In this document: positions 40,344 to 49,153 of the stretch, in pieces | Layout: each line of letters starts with the position of its first letter | Numbering within the stretch: position 1 is the stretch's first letter | Origin: Melioribacter roseus | GTDB lineage: Bacteria > Bacteroidota > Ignavibacteria > Ignavibacteriales > Melioribacteraceae | Length of the DNA: 64,000 bases | Direction: 5' to 3' | Assembly (NCBI GenBank): GCA_020722085.1 | Contig: DYLN01000001.1 | Span: 1,368-65,367 of the forward strand | Notes under the pieces: generated by a model | Told to the model about the DNA's origin: nothing | What the model saw: the letters and a program-made list of their open reading frames with translations, nothing else | Database searches by the model: none | Position numbers and translations under genes: made by a program

Positions 40344-41330
40344 TTAGCCTAATTTCATTTTTTGATGGACCTGATTCATCGTATCTTCTGCAACGACTCT
40401 TGCACGTTTTTCTCCGTGGTGTAAAATATCTTCTACTTCGCTCAAGTTATTTTCATAATATTTTCTTTTTTCAAGAATCGGTTTAAGCATCCAATTGATT
40501 TTTTTCGAGCATTTCAATTTACATTCAACACATCCTAAGGCACCGCTGCGACAGTCTCTATCTATTTGAGGAACTTCTTCAGGATTAAATTTTTTGTGAT
40601 AAGTAAACACAAGACAAATTTCGGGTCTGCCCGGATCGTTCTTTCTAATTTTTAACGGATCGGTGACTGCTTTGCGGAGTTTTTGCTGAACAACCTCCGG
40701 TTCATCAGAAAGATAAATCGTATTTCCCAAAGATTTACTCATTCTCTTGCTGTCGAGTCCAGGCAAACGGGCAAATTCAGTAATCATACCATCAGGCTCG
40801 GGAAAGATTGGATCATCGGGACAGTACTGTGCATTGAATCGCCTTGCAATTTCACGCGTTATTTCAATATGCGGCAATTGGTCTTCTCCTACCGGGACGA
40901 TTTCCCCTTTATAAAGAAGAATATCCACAGCCTGCAAAACCGGATAACCAAGATGTCCGTAAACCAAGTTTTCAATATTAAGATCCCGTACCTGTTCTTT
41001 TAAGGTAGGGTTACGTTCGAGTCTTGCTTTTGTAATCAGCATAGAAAAAATCAAGAACAATTCAGTATGTTCTTTTATTTTTGATTGACGAAACATCGGC
41101 GCTTTAATGGGATCGAGTCCGGCAGACAGCCAATCGATCAGCATATCAATAGAATTTTTATAAATTTCCTCTGTGTTCAGATCGGTTGTGAGAACATGAT
41201 AATCGGCAATTAAATGGAAGCTTTCATAATCGTCCTGCAGTTTAATCCAGTTTTCAAGAGCACCAACATAATTACCGAGATGTAATTTACCAGTTGGACG
41301 CATGCCGCTTAAAATTCTTTTTTTAGACAT
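40344..41330 (-). CDS. trpS: tryptophan--tRNA ligase
   Basis: 328 aa. GMRPTGKLHLGNY (HIGH-type) and KMSKS motifs. Confidence 0.95.
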   Translation of the reverse strand: MSKKRILSGMRPTGKLHLGNYVGALENWIKLQDDYESFHLIADYHVLTTDLNTEEIYKNSIDMLIDWLSAGLDPIKAPMFRQSKIKEHTELFLIFSMLITKARLERNPTLKEQVRDLNIENLVYGHLGYPVLQAVDILLYKGEIVPVGEDQLPHIEITREIARRFNAQYCPDDPIFPEPDGMITEFARLPGLDSKRMSKSLGNTIYLSDEPEVVQQKLRKAVTDPLKIRKNDPGRPEICLVFTYHKKFNPEEVPQIDRDCRSGALGCVECKLKCSKKINWMLKPILEKRKYYENNLSEVEDILHHGEKRARVVAEDTMNQVHQKMKLG

Positions 41331-41421
41331 TTATTGACAATAATTTTTGAGTAAATGAATTATTAGTGAGTGCAAAGTTAATGAAAAATTTAGATTTGTT
41401 GGATTTATTATTTTTCACATT

Positions 41422-41844
41422 TTAATGAAAAAGAAACGGTTTCCAGGTGTCCTCAACTTTTCCGACATAATTCCGAATAAACATAATATGATTCGGCGTA
41501 TAAGGCTTAATTCTGATCTTCATGTTTGCTTCTTCGGGGGTCCGGTCACCTTTTTTATTATTGCACGGCAGACAAGCGGCAACAAGATTTTCCCAGCTTT
41601 CATCGCCGCCTTTTGATTTGGGAATTACATGATCGATTGTTAAAGGTAAATCTCCTCTTCCGCAGTATGCACATTTGTGACCGTCTCTTTTTAAAATATT
41701 TCTGCGGGTAAGAATAATTTTTTGGAAAGGAAGTTTAATATAATCGTTAAGTCTAATTACACTGGGCCACGGATAAGAAACAGTAACTGATCTAACTGAT
41801 TTGTGGTTATTATTAGCGACTAATTCTGCTTTGCCGAGAATCAT
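41422..41844 (-). CDS. HNH endonuclease (track ORF; conserved coding sequence continues upstream in frame to 41970 without a canonical start)
   Basis: CAYCG...TIDHVIPKSKGG...WENLVAACLPCNNKKG HNH motif. The in-frame upstream translation ...ARVLLLNQSYEPLTICNVKKAIIL matches the usual N-terminus of this family. See findings. Confidence 0.8.
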   Translation of the reverse strand: MILGKAELVANNNHKSVRSVTVSYPWPSVIRLNDYIKLPFQKIILTRRNILKRDGHKCAYCGRGDLPLTIDHVIPKSKGGDESWENLVAACLPCNNKKGDRTPEEANMKIRIKPYTPNHIMFIRNYVGKVEDTWKPFLFH

Positions 41845-42043
41845 TAAGATGATGGCTTTTTTTACATTACAGATAGTAAGAGGTTCGTAACTTTGATTTA
41901 AAAGCAGAACCCGGGCATTTAGCGAACCGTTTGAACCATACTTCCGTTCGAAGACTTTCCTCCTATAAAATTACACTGTGTAAAAAAATATTAATAATTC
42001 GGTCACAAATATCGTAAATAATAACGAATTAGGAAAGCCCCTT

Positions 42044-43144
42044 TTAATTCTCCTTCGTAATTATTCCACCTGCTAAAACATAGCCCTGCTCATCGTATAA
42101 AACTAAAGACTGACCTGGTGTCACGGCAGATTTAGGATCTATAAATCTCACCTTTATATTTTTTTCATCTGCAAATAAAACTTCAGCCGGTGCAGCTTTG
42201 TCCGAGTAGCGAATTTTACCGAATACTATTTCGCCTTTTTTCAGCGCAGCTTTGCTTACGTAATTTACATCGGATGCTGATGCAATAGGATTGAGCAATT
42301 CGTCTTTGTCACCAAGCTCGACTATATTCTTTCCGGTATCAATATTTTTTACATAAATCGGCTTACCAAGAGAAACTCCAAGTCCTCTTCGCTGCCCAAT
42401 AGTATAAAAAGGGACTCCGCGATGCTTCCCAATTTTTTCTCCGTGATATACAAAATCACCGCTGTCAATATTTTCAACCGTTGCGGGAATTCTCTCACGC
42501 AGGAATCTTTCGTAATTATTATCAGCAACAAAGCAAATCTCCTGGCTGTCGGGTTTAGCCGCAGTTTTAAGTCCGAATTCTTCGGCTAACTTTCTAACCT
42601 CCGATTTGTTAAACTTACCAAGAGGAAAAATTGTACGGCTTAGACTTTTCTGAGTCAATGCCCAGAGAGCATAAGTCTGATCTTTCCGATTATCGGCAGA
42701 ATTTTTTATACAGTATCTGTTACTCAAGTTATCGAATTCAACAACAGCATAATGACCGGTGGCAACATATTTTGCATCGAGTGAATCTGCTTTTCTTAAG
42801 AGCTCTTCCCACTTTATTTTGCGGTTGCAAATAACGCAAGGATTGGGCGTTCTGCCGTTTAAGTATTCGTCGACAAAATTTTCAATTACTGCATCTTCAA
42901 ACGCTTTTGTAAAGTCTACAGTGTAATGAGGGAAACCAAGCTTATCGGCAACGTTTTTAGCATCAAAAATTGCATCTAAAGAGCAGCAGCCGGATTCATG
43001 TTTGGGTGCACCGCCTACTTCCATAAATCCCCATGTTTTCATAGTTATACCAATTACATCGAACCCTTGCTTTTTAAGCAAAGCAGCAGCTACTGAGGAA
43101 TCAACCCCGCCGCTCATGGCTACTATGACGCTTTTTTCGTTCAC
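42044..43144 (-). CDS. mnmA: tRNA 2-thiouridine(34) synthase
   Basis: 366 aa. VAMSGGVDSSVAA PP-loop, catalytic Cys context NPCVICN, ATGHYA. Confidence 0.95.
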   Translation of the reverse strand: MNEKSVIVAMSGGVDSSVAAALLKKQGFDVIGITMKTWGFMEVGGAPKHESGCCSLDAIFDAKNVADKLGFPHYTVDFTKAFEDAVIENFVDEYLNGRTPNPCVICNRKIKWEELLRKADSLDAKYVATGHYAVVEFDNLSNRYCIKNSADNRKDQTYALWALTQKSLSRTIFPLGKFNKSEVRKLAEEFGLKTAAKPDSQEICFVADNNYERFLRERIPATVENIDSGDFVYHGEKIGKHRGVPFYTIGQRRGLGVSLGKPIYVKNIDTGKNIVELGDKDELLNPIASASDVNYVSKAALKKGEIVFGKIRYSDKAAPAEVLFADEKNIKVRFIDPKSAVTPGQSLVLYDEQGYVLAGGIITKEN

Positions 43145-43223
43145 TTTTATTTCTAACTTATTTTAGATAATCTATCCTAATTTACGATGCAAATATAAAT
43201 AAATTTGGAAGGGAATCTTAATT

Positions 43224-43610
43224 TTATTTACCGGAATTCTCTTGATAAAGTATTGCAAAGCAAGTTACATAATTTTCCGAATGGCTCATGGTAATTTTCA
43301 GTGATTTTTCTCTACTGACAAAATTGGCAAGTTGTCCAGTAAGTTTAACTTTAGGCATCCCGTTTTTTTCGTTAAAAATTTCTATATCTTTCCATCTAAA
43401 TCCTTTGCTCCATCCCGTAGCCAGGGCTTTTGCAATTGCTTCTTTTGCTGCAAAGCGTGCTGCAAGATGCTGATACTTATTCGCTCTGGATAATGAATAT
43501 TTTAATTCAGTTTTAGTAAAAATTTTATTGAGAAATAAATCACCGAAGCGGTCAACACTTTTTTTAATTCTGTCGATTTCTATTATGTCTATCCCTACTC
43601 CCAAAACCAT
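43224..43610 (-). CDS. acpS: holo-[acyl-carrier-protein] synthase
   Basis: 128 aa. GVGIDIIEIDRI start and FAAKEAIAKA motif. Confidence 0.9.
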   Translation of the reverse strand: MVLGVGIDIIEIDRIKKSVDRFGDLFLNKIFTKTELKYSLSRANKYQHLAARFAAKEAIAKALATGWSKGFRWKDIEIFNEKNGMPKVKLTGQLANFVSREKSLKITMSHSENYVTCFAILYQENSGK

Positions 43611-45314
43611 TTAATATCCTGCTGCTTTTCCTTGACTTCTTTTATCCGAATGTCCGTAATAAACTTTTGTCTGTGGATCTACCTCAATTCCTTCTACTCT
43701 TCCCAACGACCTTACTTCCCCCATTTTGTAGCCGCGTGAAATAAGATTTTGCCTAACATCTTCGGTCACTCCGAATTTTTCATAATCGATTCTGTCGGGG
43801 ATCCACTGATGATGGATACGCGGAGCATCGATCGCATCTTTAATATTCATCCCAAAATCAATTACATTAAGAATTACCTGAAGAACCGACGTTGGAATTG
43901 TAGAGCCTCCGGGCGAACCTAAAATTAAAAAAGGAAAATTATTTTTAAGAATAATTGTTGGTGTCATTGAACTGAGCATTCTTTTATGCGGTTGAATTGA
44001 ATTTACATCGCTCCCCAACAATCCAAATTGGTTTGCAGAGCCGGGTTTGGAACTGAAATCATCCATTTCATTATTCATCAAAAAGCCCGCTCCATCAACA
44101 ACCATTCCGTTTCCAAACCATGAATTCAAAGTGTAAGTAGTGCTGACTGCATTTCCATCCTTATCAACAACACTGTAATGAGTAGTATTTTCTTCTTCAT
44201 GATTGTCAAATAAATTTGGTTTTATTTTTTCGGAAGAAACAACGCCATTGTTCTTTATTTTCTTAAATAGTTCCTGAGCATATTCTTTTGAGATTAATTT
44301 CTCTGCCGGAATATTTACAAAATCCGGATCGCCTAAATATTCGGTTCTATCTGCAAAAGAATATTTTAAGGCTTCGCACAATTTGCTAATATATTCACTG
44401 CTGCCCCACTCTTCTTTATTAAAAGAATAATTCTCAAGTATGTTTAATGCTTCAAGAAGAATTATTCCGCCGGCAGACGGTGGCGCCATTGAAATAATTT
44501 TGTAACCTCTATAATTACCTTCAGCCGGCTTTCGTTCAACTGCCTTGTAATTCGATAAATCTTCTTGTTTTATCAGTCCGCCGTTTTTATTAGAAAATTC
44601 AACAATCTTTTCGGCAACAGAACCTTCATAAAATCCCGCACTACCTTTGTCTTTTATTTTTTTGAGAGTTTCAGCCAAATCTTTTTGAACGAACAACATT
44701 CCTGCTTTCAATTCTCCGCCGTTGTCGGTAAAAATCTTTTTCGAAGAAGGATAACGATTAAATACCTCATTCATACTATTAATTGAAGCTGCCAATTTTT
44801 CATCAAGAATAAATCCATTTTCGGCAAGAGAAATTGCCGGCTGCATAACATCGTTCAATCTCATAGTGCCGTATTTATTCAGCGCATAAATTAAGCCAGC
44901 AACTGTACCGGGCACGCCCGAAGATAACATTCCAGTTGTACTTTTTTCGGGGTTGTAATTTCCCAGACTATCGAGAAACATTTTTTCAAAAGCAGAGAAA
45001 GGGGCTATTTCTCTAAAATCTATTGTTGTGTTTCGACTGTCATTTAAGTGAATAACCATAAATCCACCGCCGCCAATATTCCCAGCTTGAGGGAACGTAA
45101 CGGCTAAAGCGAAACCTGTTGCTACAGCAGCATCTACCGCATTTCCGCCTTCCTTCAATATTTTAATTCCGGCATTGGAGGCTAAATCGGAAGCAGAGAC
45201 AACAAGGCCGTTTTTTGCCCGCACTGGATCCTCCGAGGAAAAAATTTGTGATGCTGAAAAAATGACTACCACAATAAAATAAATTTTAAAAGAGATCAAT
45301 ATTTGCGTCAACAT
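43611..45314 (-). CDS. ggt: gamma-glutamyltransferase
   Basis: 567 aa. Signal peptide, GGGGFM, autoprocessing-site context EEENTTHYSVVD, GSPGGSTI. Confidence 0.93.
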   Translation of the reverse strand: MLTQILISFKIYFIVVVIFSASQIFSSEDPVRAKNGLVVSASDLASNAGIKILKEGGNAVDAAVATGFALAVTFPQAGNIGGGGFMVIHLNDSRNTTIDFREIAPFSAFEKMFLDSLGNYNPEKSTTGMLSSGVPGTVAGLIYALNKYGTMRLNDVMQPAISLAENGFILDEKLAASINSMNEVFNRYPSSKKIFTDNGGELKAGMLFVQKDLAETLKKIKDKGSAGFYEGSVAEKIVEFSNKNGGLIKQEDLSNYKAVERKPAEGNYRGYKIISMAPPSAGGIILLEALNILENYSFNKEEWGSSEYISKLCEALKYSFADRTEYLGDPDFVNIPAEKLISKEYAQELFKKIKNNGVVSSEKIKPNLFDNHEEENTTHYSVVDKDGNAVSTTYTLNSWFGNGMVVDGAGFLMNNEMDDFSSKPGSANQFGLLGSDVNSIQPHKRMLSSMTPTIILKNNFPFLILGSPGGSTIPTSVLQVILNVIDFGMNIKDAIDAPRIHHQWIPDRIDYEKFGVTEDVRQNLISRGYKMGEVRSLGRVEGIEVDPQTKVYYGHSDKRSQGKAAGY

Positions 45315-46200
45315 TAATGCCTTTTCCTTTTAACTGTTCTATGAGAATTTTTGTCAACTCTTTGAGCTGTTCTATGCTGGTCTGTAAATCATCGATAAAT
45401 TTTTTGTCGTATAGAAGTTTACCCGCATTGTTATTTTGTTTTTTTGTTTCGTCCAGAAAAGAATTTAACTTGTTAACAAGTTCGCTTGAGGAAGAAATTG
45501 CATTTTTGGTTTCGATCAAAGTAGTCTGGATAGTTTCTTTATTCTCATCGTAAAACTGATTGAAAGAAGAAACAGCTTTTTCACTGCTTGCAATTAATTT
45601 ATTTATTTTTTCGCTGTTATCATCTACCAGGCGGGTCATTTTACCTGTCAAACTGTTAAGATTATTAAGCGAGCTTTTTAAGCTGCTGCTGAATTCTTCA
45701 TCACCCAGCAGTTGATTTGTGTTTTTCAAAGTTACTTTTATTTCTTTTATCATATCTACAATGTCCGTCTGTATAGAACTCAGCATTATAAAAGCGCTGG
45801 CTACATCGCCAAGGAATTTACCTTCGTGAGTTACAGAATAGTCCAATTCCATTTGAGAAACGCCGGGATTTATTTCAATTTTTTTACCACCCATAAGATC
45901 GAGCATCACTACAGAGAACGTTGCGTCGCTTTTTAAATCAACACTTGGATTAAGTTTAGCACGAACAAAAACAGAGTTTCCTTTGTTAGTTATTTCATCA
46001 ACAAAGCCCTGGCGTACGCCATTAACAGTAACAACATCTCCTTTTTCCAATCCGGCAACAGAATCAAACATAATTTTTAGCTCCTTTTTTTCTGAATTGA
46101 TGGAAATGTTCTTTGCCCAGCCTAAAATCCAGATAAAAATAATTAATGCTATTAAAACAGTGATGCCGACTTTAATTTCTGTCTTTTGTTCTTCTTTCAT
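45286..46200 (-). CDS. MlaD/MCE-domain protein
   Basis: 304 aa. N-terminal TM, then an MCE fold (F.SVAGLEKGDVVTVNGVRQGFV). Long helical C-terminus. Confidence 0.7.
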   Translation of the reverse strand: MKEEQKTEIKVGITVLIALIIFIWILGWAKNISINSEKKELKIMFDSVAGLEKGDVVTVNGVRQGFVDEITNKGNSVFVRAKLNPSVDLKSDATFSVVMLDLMGGKKIEINPGVSQMELDYSVTHEGKFLGDVASAFIMLSSIQTDIVDMIKEIKVTLKNTNQLLGDEEFSSSLKSSLNNLNSLTGKMTRLVDDNSEKINKLIASSEKAVSSFNQFYDENKETIQTTLIETKNAISSSSELVNKLNSFLDETKKQNNNAGKLLYDKKFIDDLQTSIEQLKELTKILIEQLKGKGINVDANIDLF

Positions 46201-46552
46201 CTTCAGTCACCAGCTTTTTCAATTTTTGGATTTCGTTTGATTCGATTACTTTATCCGACACGATATCTTTTGCTTCATCAATCAATCTGCCGAATTTTTT
46301 CACCGCCGTTTCAAAATTATCTTTTTTTAATTTGATTTTGTAATCTTCAATAATAGCCACAATTGAATCGCGCTGCAAATTGTTATTGATATTTTTGTTC
46401 AAATATTCATTAAACTCTTCAAACGCCTTATCCATCACTTTTTCTTTACCAAAATTCAAAAAGTCCGATCCATATTTTTTTATTATATACGAGCCCACAC
46501 CGATTGTAACAGTAATAACAGCTATTCCGGTAACAAAACATCCTTTTTTCAT
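46172..46552 (-). CDS. hypothetical membrane-anchored protein
   Basis: 126 aa. N-terminal hydrophobic helix and charged helical remainder. Overlaps both neighbours. Confidence 0.4.
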   Translation of the reverse strand: MKKGCFVTGIAVITVTIGVGSYIIKKYGSDFLNFGKEKVMDKAFEEFNEYLNKNINNNLQRDSIVAIIEDYKIKLKKDNFETAVKKFGRLIDEAKDIVSDKVIESNEIQKLKKLVTEDERRTKDRN

Positions 46553-47841
46553 TGTTTTGAATTCGAGTCAAGTTTTTCTATTAGAATTTTGTTAATTCTC
46601 CTGTTCGTAACTTCTTTAACTGTAAATTTATAACCCTTATATACAAAGTGATATCCTGCTTGAGGTATTAAACCTGCATGCGAATAAATAAAACCGCCGA
46701 CAGTATCGTAATCACCGTTTTCGGAAGAAAAGTCATTCTGCAGCAATTCATTTAGCTGGTCAATGTCGACTTTCCCCATAACTAAATAACTTCCATCTGC
46801 ATTACTGGAAATTTCCTTCTCTTCTTTATCGAATTCATCCCTAATTTCTCCAACAATCTCTTCAAGAATATCTTCCATTGAAATTAAACCTGCGGTACCG
46901 CCATATTCATCCACTACAATCCCAAGGTGCATATTTTTTTCCTGGAATTCATGCAGCAAATCGCTTATCAGTTTACTGTCGGGGACAAATATCGCTTCTC
47001 TGTAGATTTTCATTATGGAAAAATTTTTTTTAAGTGTTTCGTCTTTCAAATAAGGGAGCAGATCTTTTGCATAAATGATACCAATTATTTTGTCCAGATT
47101 ATCCTGATAAAGAGGAATACGGCTGTGTCCAGATTCAGTTATTTTCTGCATCAATTCATCGAATGAAGATTCGGCTGAAACCGCTGCAATATCTACCCGT
47201 GGAGTCATTACCTCGCGTACCGTAACAGTTTTAAACTCTACAAGTCCATGAATTAATTCATGTTCACCCTTTTTAATTGTGCCTCGCTCTATTCCAAGGT
47301 CTGCCAGTTCGGGTATGTCCATTATTTTAAGGGCTGTCTTAGACTTGTCGAACTTAATTTTAGAAACCAGCAGCCGGAGTGAATCGGTTAAAATTTTTGA
47401 AACGGGATAGAAAATTACGCTAATCCAATAAAGCGGCAAAGCAACAGCTTTAGCAAACTGTAATGGTGCTTTGGCAGCCCAAATTTTGGGAGTTATTTCG
47501 CCTATAAGCAAAATTAAAATAGTCAAAGCAATTATTTGAATAAGTAAAACTGCTTCGAGTGATATGTTAAAGACTTTGGCAAAATCTACAGCAAGAGTTA
47601 CCGCTGTGATTGACGCAGCCACATTAACAATGGTATTTCCTAAAAGTATATTTACTAATAATCTTCTTGGAAATTCAAGAAGGTGATAGATATAATTTCC
47701 AATTATCTTATTGGTTTTTAACAGCTCTTTTACGCTTTTCTTATCCAAAGAGAAAAGAGCTACTTCGGAACCAGAAAAAAACGCAGATAAAAACAACAAT
47801 GAAATTAGTAATAATACTCTAAGCAGCCAGCTATTGTCCAA
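46549..47841 (-). CDS. CNNM/HlyC/CorC-family transporter-associated protein (DUF21 + CBS pair + CorC_HlyC)
   Basis: 430 aa. Four N-terminal TM helices, [32 protein letters not shown]. Confidence 0.85.
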   Translation of the reverse strand: MDNSWLLRVLLLISLLFLSAFFSGSEVALFSLDKKSVKELLKTNKIIGNYIYHLLEFPRRLLVNILLGNTIVNVAASITAVTLAVDFAKVFNISLEAVLLIQIIALTILILLIGEITPKIWAAKAPLQFAKAVALPLYWISVIFYPVSKILTDSLRLLVSKIKFDKSKTALKIMDIPELADLGIERGTIKKGEHELIHGLVEFKTVTVREVMTPRVDIAAVSAESSFDELMQKITESGHSRIPLYQDNLDKIIGIIYAKDLLPYLKDETLKKNFSIMKIYREAIFVPDSKLISDLLHEFQEKNMHLGIVVDEYGGTAGLISMEDILEEIVGEIRDEFDKEEKEISSNADGSYLVMGKVDIDQLNELLQNDFSSENGDYDTVGGFIYSHAGLIPQAGYHFVYKGYKFTVKEVTNRRINKILIEKLDSNSKQ

Positions 47842-47897
47842 CTAAATGGTAAACCCTCAATTGTTCAACAAACCTATGTGCATAAAGGCTCAACATG

Positions 47898-48311
47898 TTA
47901 AAAAGGTAAATCGTTATTAGCATCAGAACCGCTGTCGATTTCCTGTTCAGCAGCAGGCCCGGTTTCCGCTGTATTACTTTCTTTTGCTTCAAGCGGAATC
48001 ATACGTTCTGAAATTATCTCAGTGATATATCTTTTTATATTGTCTTTATCAGTGTAATCTCTTTTGGAAATTCTTCCTTCGACGTAGATTTTCTTTCCTT
48101 TCTTCAATGATTCTTTGAACGAATCCGGCAAATTAAAACAAACCACATTATGCCAGGTTGTTTCGTTCACCCAATTTCCGTCTTTCCCTTTATAGCTGCG
48201 GTTTGTAGCAAGGGAAAAAGTTGTTACCTCCAAATTATTTGTAGTAAATCTGGTTTCCGCATCATTGCCCAGATTTCCGATCAGCATTACTTTATTTAAT
48301 GAAAGAGCCAA
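47898..48311 (-). CDS. ssb: single-stranded DNA-binding protein
   Basis: 137 aa. LNKVMLIGNLGNDAE OB-fold start, acidic tail ending DLPF. TTG start with AAGGAGGG 8 nt upstream. Confidence 0.92.
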   Translation of the reverse strand: MALSLNKVMLIGNLGNDAETRFTTNNLEVTTFSLATNRSYKGKDGNWVNETTWHNVVCFNLPDSFKESLKKGKKIYVEGRISKRDYTDKDNIKRYITEIISERMIPLEAKESNTAETGPAAEQEIDSGSDANNDLPF

Positions 48312-48505
48312 TTTTACACCCTCCTTTTATTTGAAATACAAACTTAAGATTAAAATTAATTATTAAAATATCAAGAAAAATATTTTTTTTATGCCAATTA
48401 AACGTGATGGCAATTTTTCACATTAGATTTAGTATCCAAACTATGATTGAATGCATATAAAAGATTCAACAATTCTATCAATCAAACATTCGATAAAACT
48501 GATAA

Positions 48506-48970
48506 TTACTCTTCAACCGTAACTATAAACGCATCTTTGAAAGTATCTATTTTTTGGACATCGTCTCTTATCCTTTCTGCTTCTTCTCTCGTGGTAAAAT
48601 GAGGCAGTCTGACTACGTAGAGTTGAACTTGAGGATTAAATGAAATTTCCATTCCCCATTTTATTTTGTCTTGATTCTCCTTTACAAATCTTTCTGCTCT
48701 TTCTCTGGTGGAAAACGCACCGACTTGAACAAAGTAAACAAACTGAACAGCCGTTTTAGCCGTGTCACTTACTGTTGTCTTTACAGGTTCGTTGTGTTCA
48801 GCAGGCATCTCAGCCTCCTGCACTTCAGTTGTATCTACATTTGCAGGATTATCAAAAACGTAAATGTCATTTCCATTGCTTTCACTGCTGCTTTGAGTTT
48901 CCTTTGTTGCGGAACAACTTATAAAAATTAAAGAGAAAACGACCAAAGCAAAAAATGCGGTAAATTTCAT
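48506..48970 (-). CDS. SPOR-domain lipoprotein
   Basis: 154 aa. Lipobox-like LIFISCS. C-terminal YFVQVGAFSTRERAERF... SPOR repeat. Confidence 0.75.
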   Translation of the reverse strand: MKFTAFFALVVFSLIFISCSATKETQSSSESNGNDIYVFDNPANVDTTEVQEAEMPAEHNEPVKTTVSDTAKTAVQFVYFVQVGAFSTRERAERFVKENQDKIKWGMEISFNPQVQLYVVRLPHFTTREEAERIRDDVQKIDTFKDAFIVTVEE

Positions 48971-48987
48971 TTTAACACCTTAAAATC

Positions 48988-49142
48988 GAGGCTGACCAGA
49001 AAGTAATCATTATTAAAAAATGGGACACGGATTGTGGAGACTTTAACGGCCGCCAGAGTTCGGCGACAAACAGAATTTTCGACCGAAGTCTGGCGAGATT
49101 TCCACGGATTATTTAATTGATAATTACTTTCTGGTCACCCTC
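48988..49142. repeat. 155-nt imperfect long hairpin (candidate structured RNA, giant terminator or MITE-like inverted repeat)
   Basis: Arms 48988-49007 and 49123-49142 are complementary at 19 of 20 positions. Inner stem 49051-49063 / 49083-49095 pairs at 12 of 13 positions. The core is visibly more GC-rich than its surroundings. See findings. Confidence 0.6.
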
Positions 49143-49153
49143 AGTTGTTATTT

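Noticed and set aside
48395-48415. TGGCA…TCAC sequence resembling the -24 element of a sigma-54 promoter
   Set aside because: There is no TTGC -12 element at the required spacing, and the match is on the plus strand while both neighbouring genes are on the minus strand.
49021-49110. Mini-ORFs inside the large hairpin (plus-strand ATG, 8 codons MGHGLWRL; minus-strand GTG, 20 codons)
   Set aside because: They are very short, have no Shine-Dalgarno sequence, and sit within strongly paired sequence. Coding is much less likely than an RNA/DNA structural role.
48988-49142. Possible identity of the hairpin as SRP (4.5S) RNA or 6S RNA
   Set aside because: It lacks the conserved SRP domain IV sequence (…GGUCCGGAAGGAAGCAGCC…). 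The near-perfect 30-bp closing stem without a large central bubble is unlike 6S RNA. A covariance-model search is still needed.
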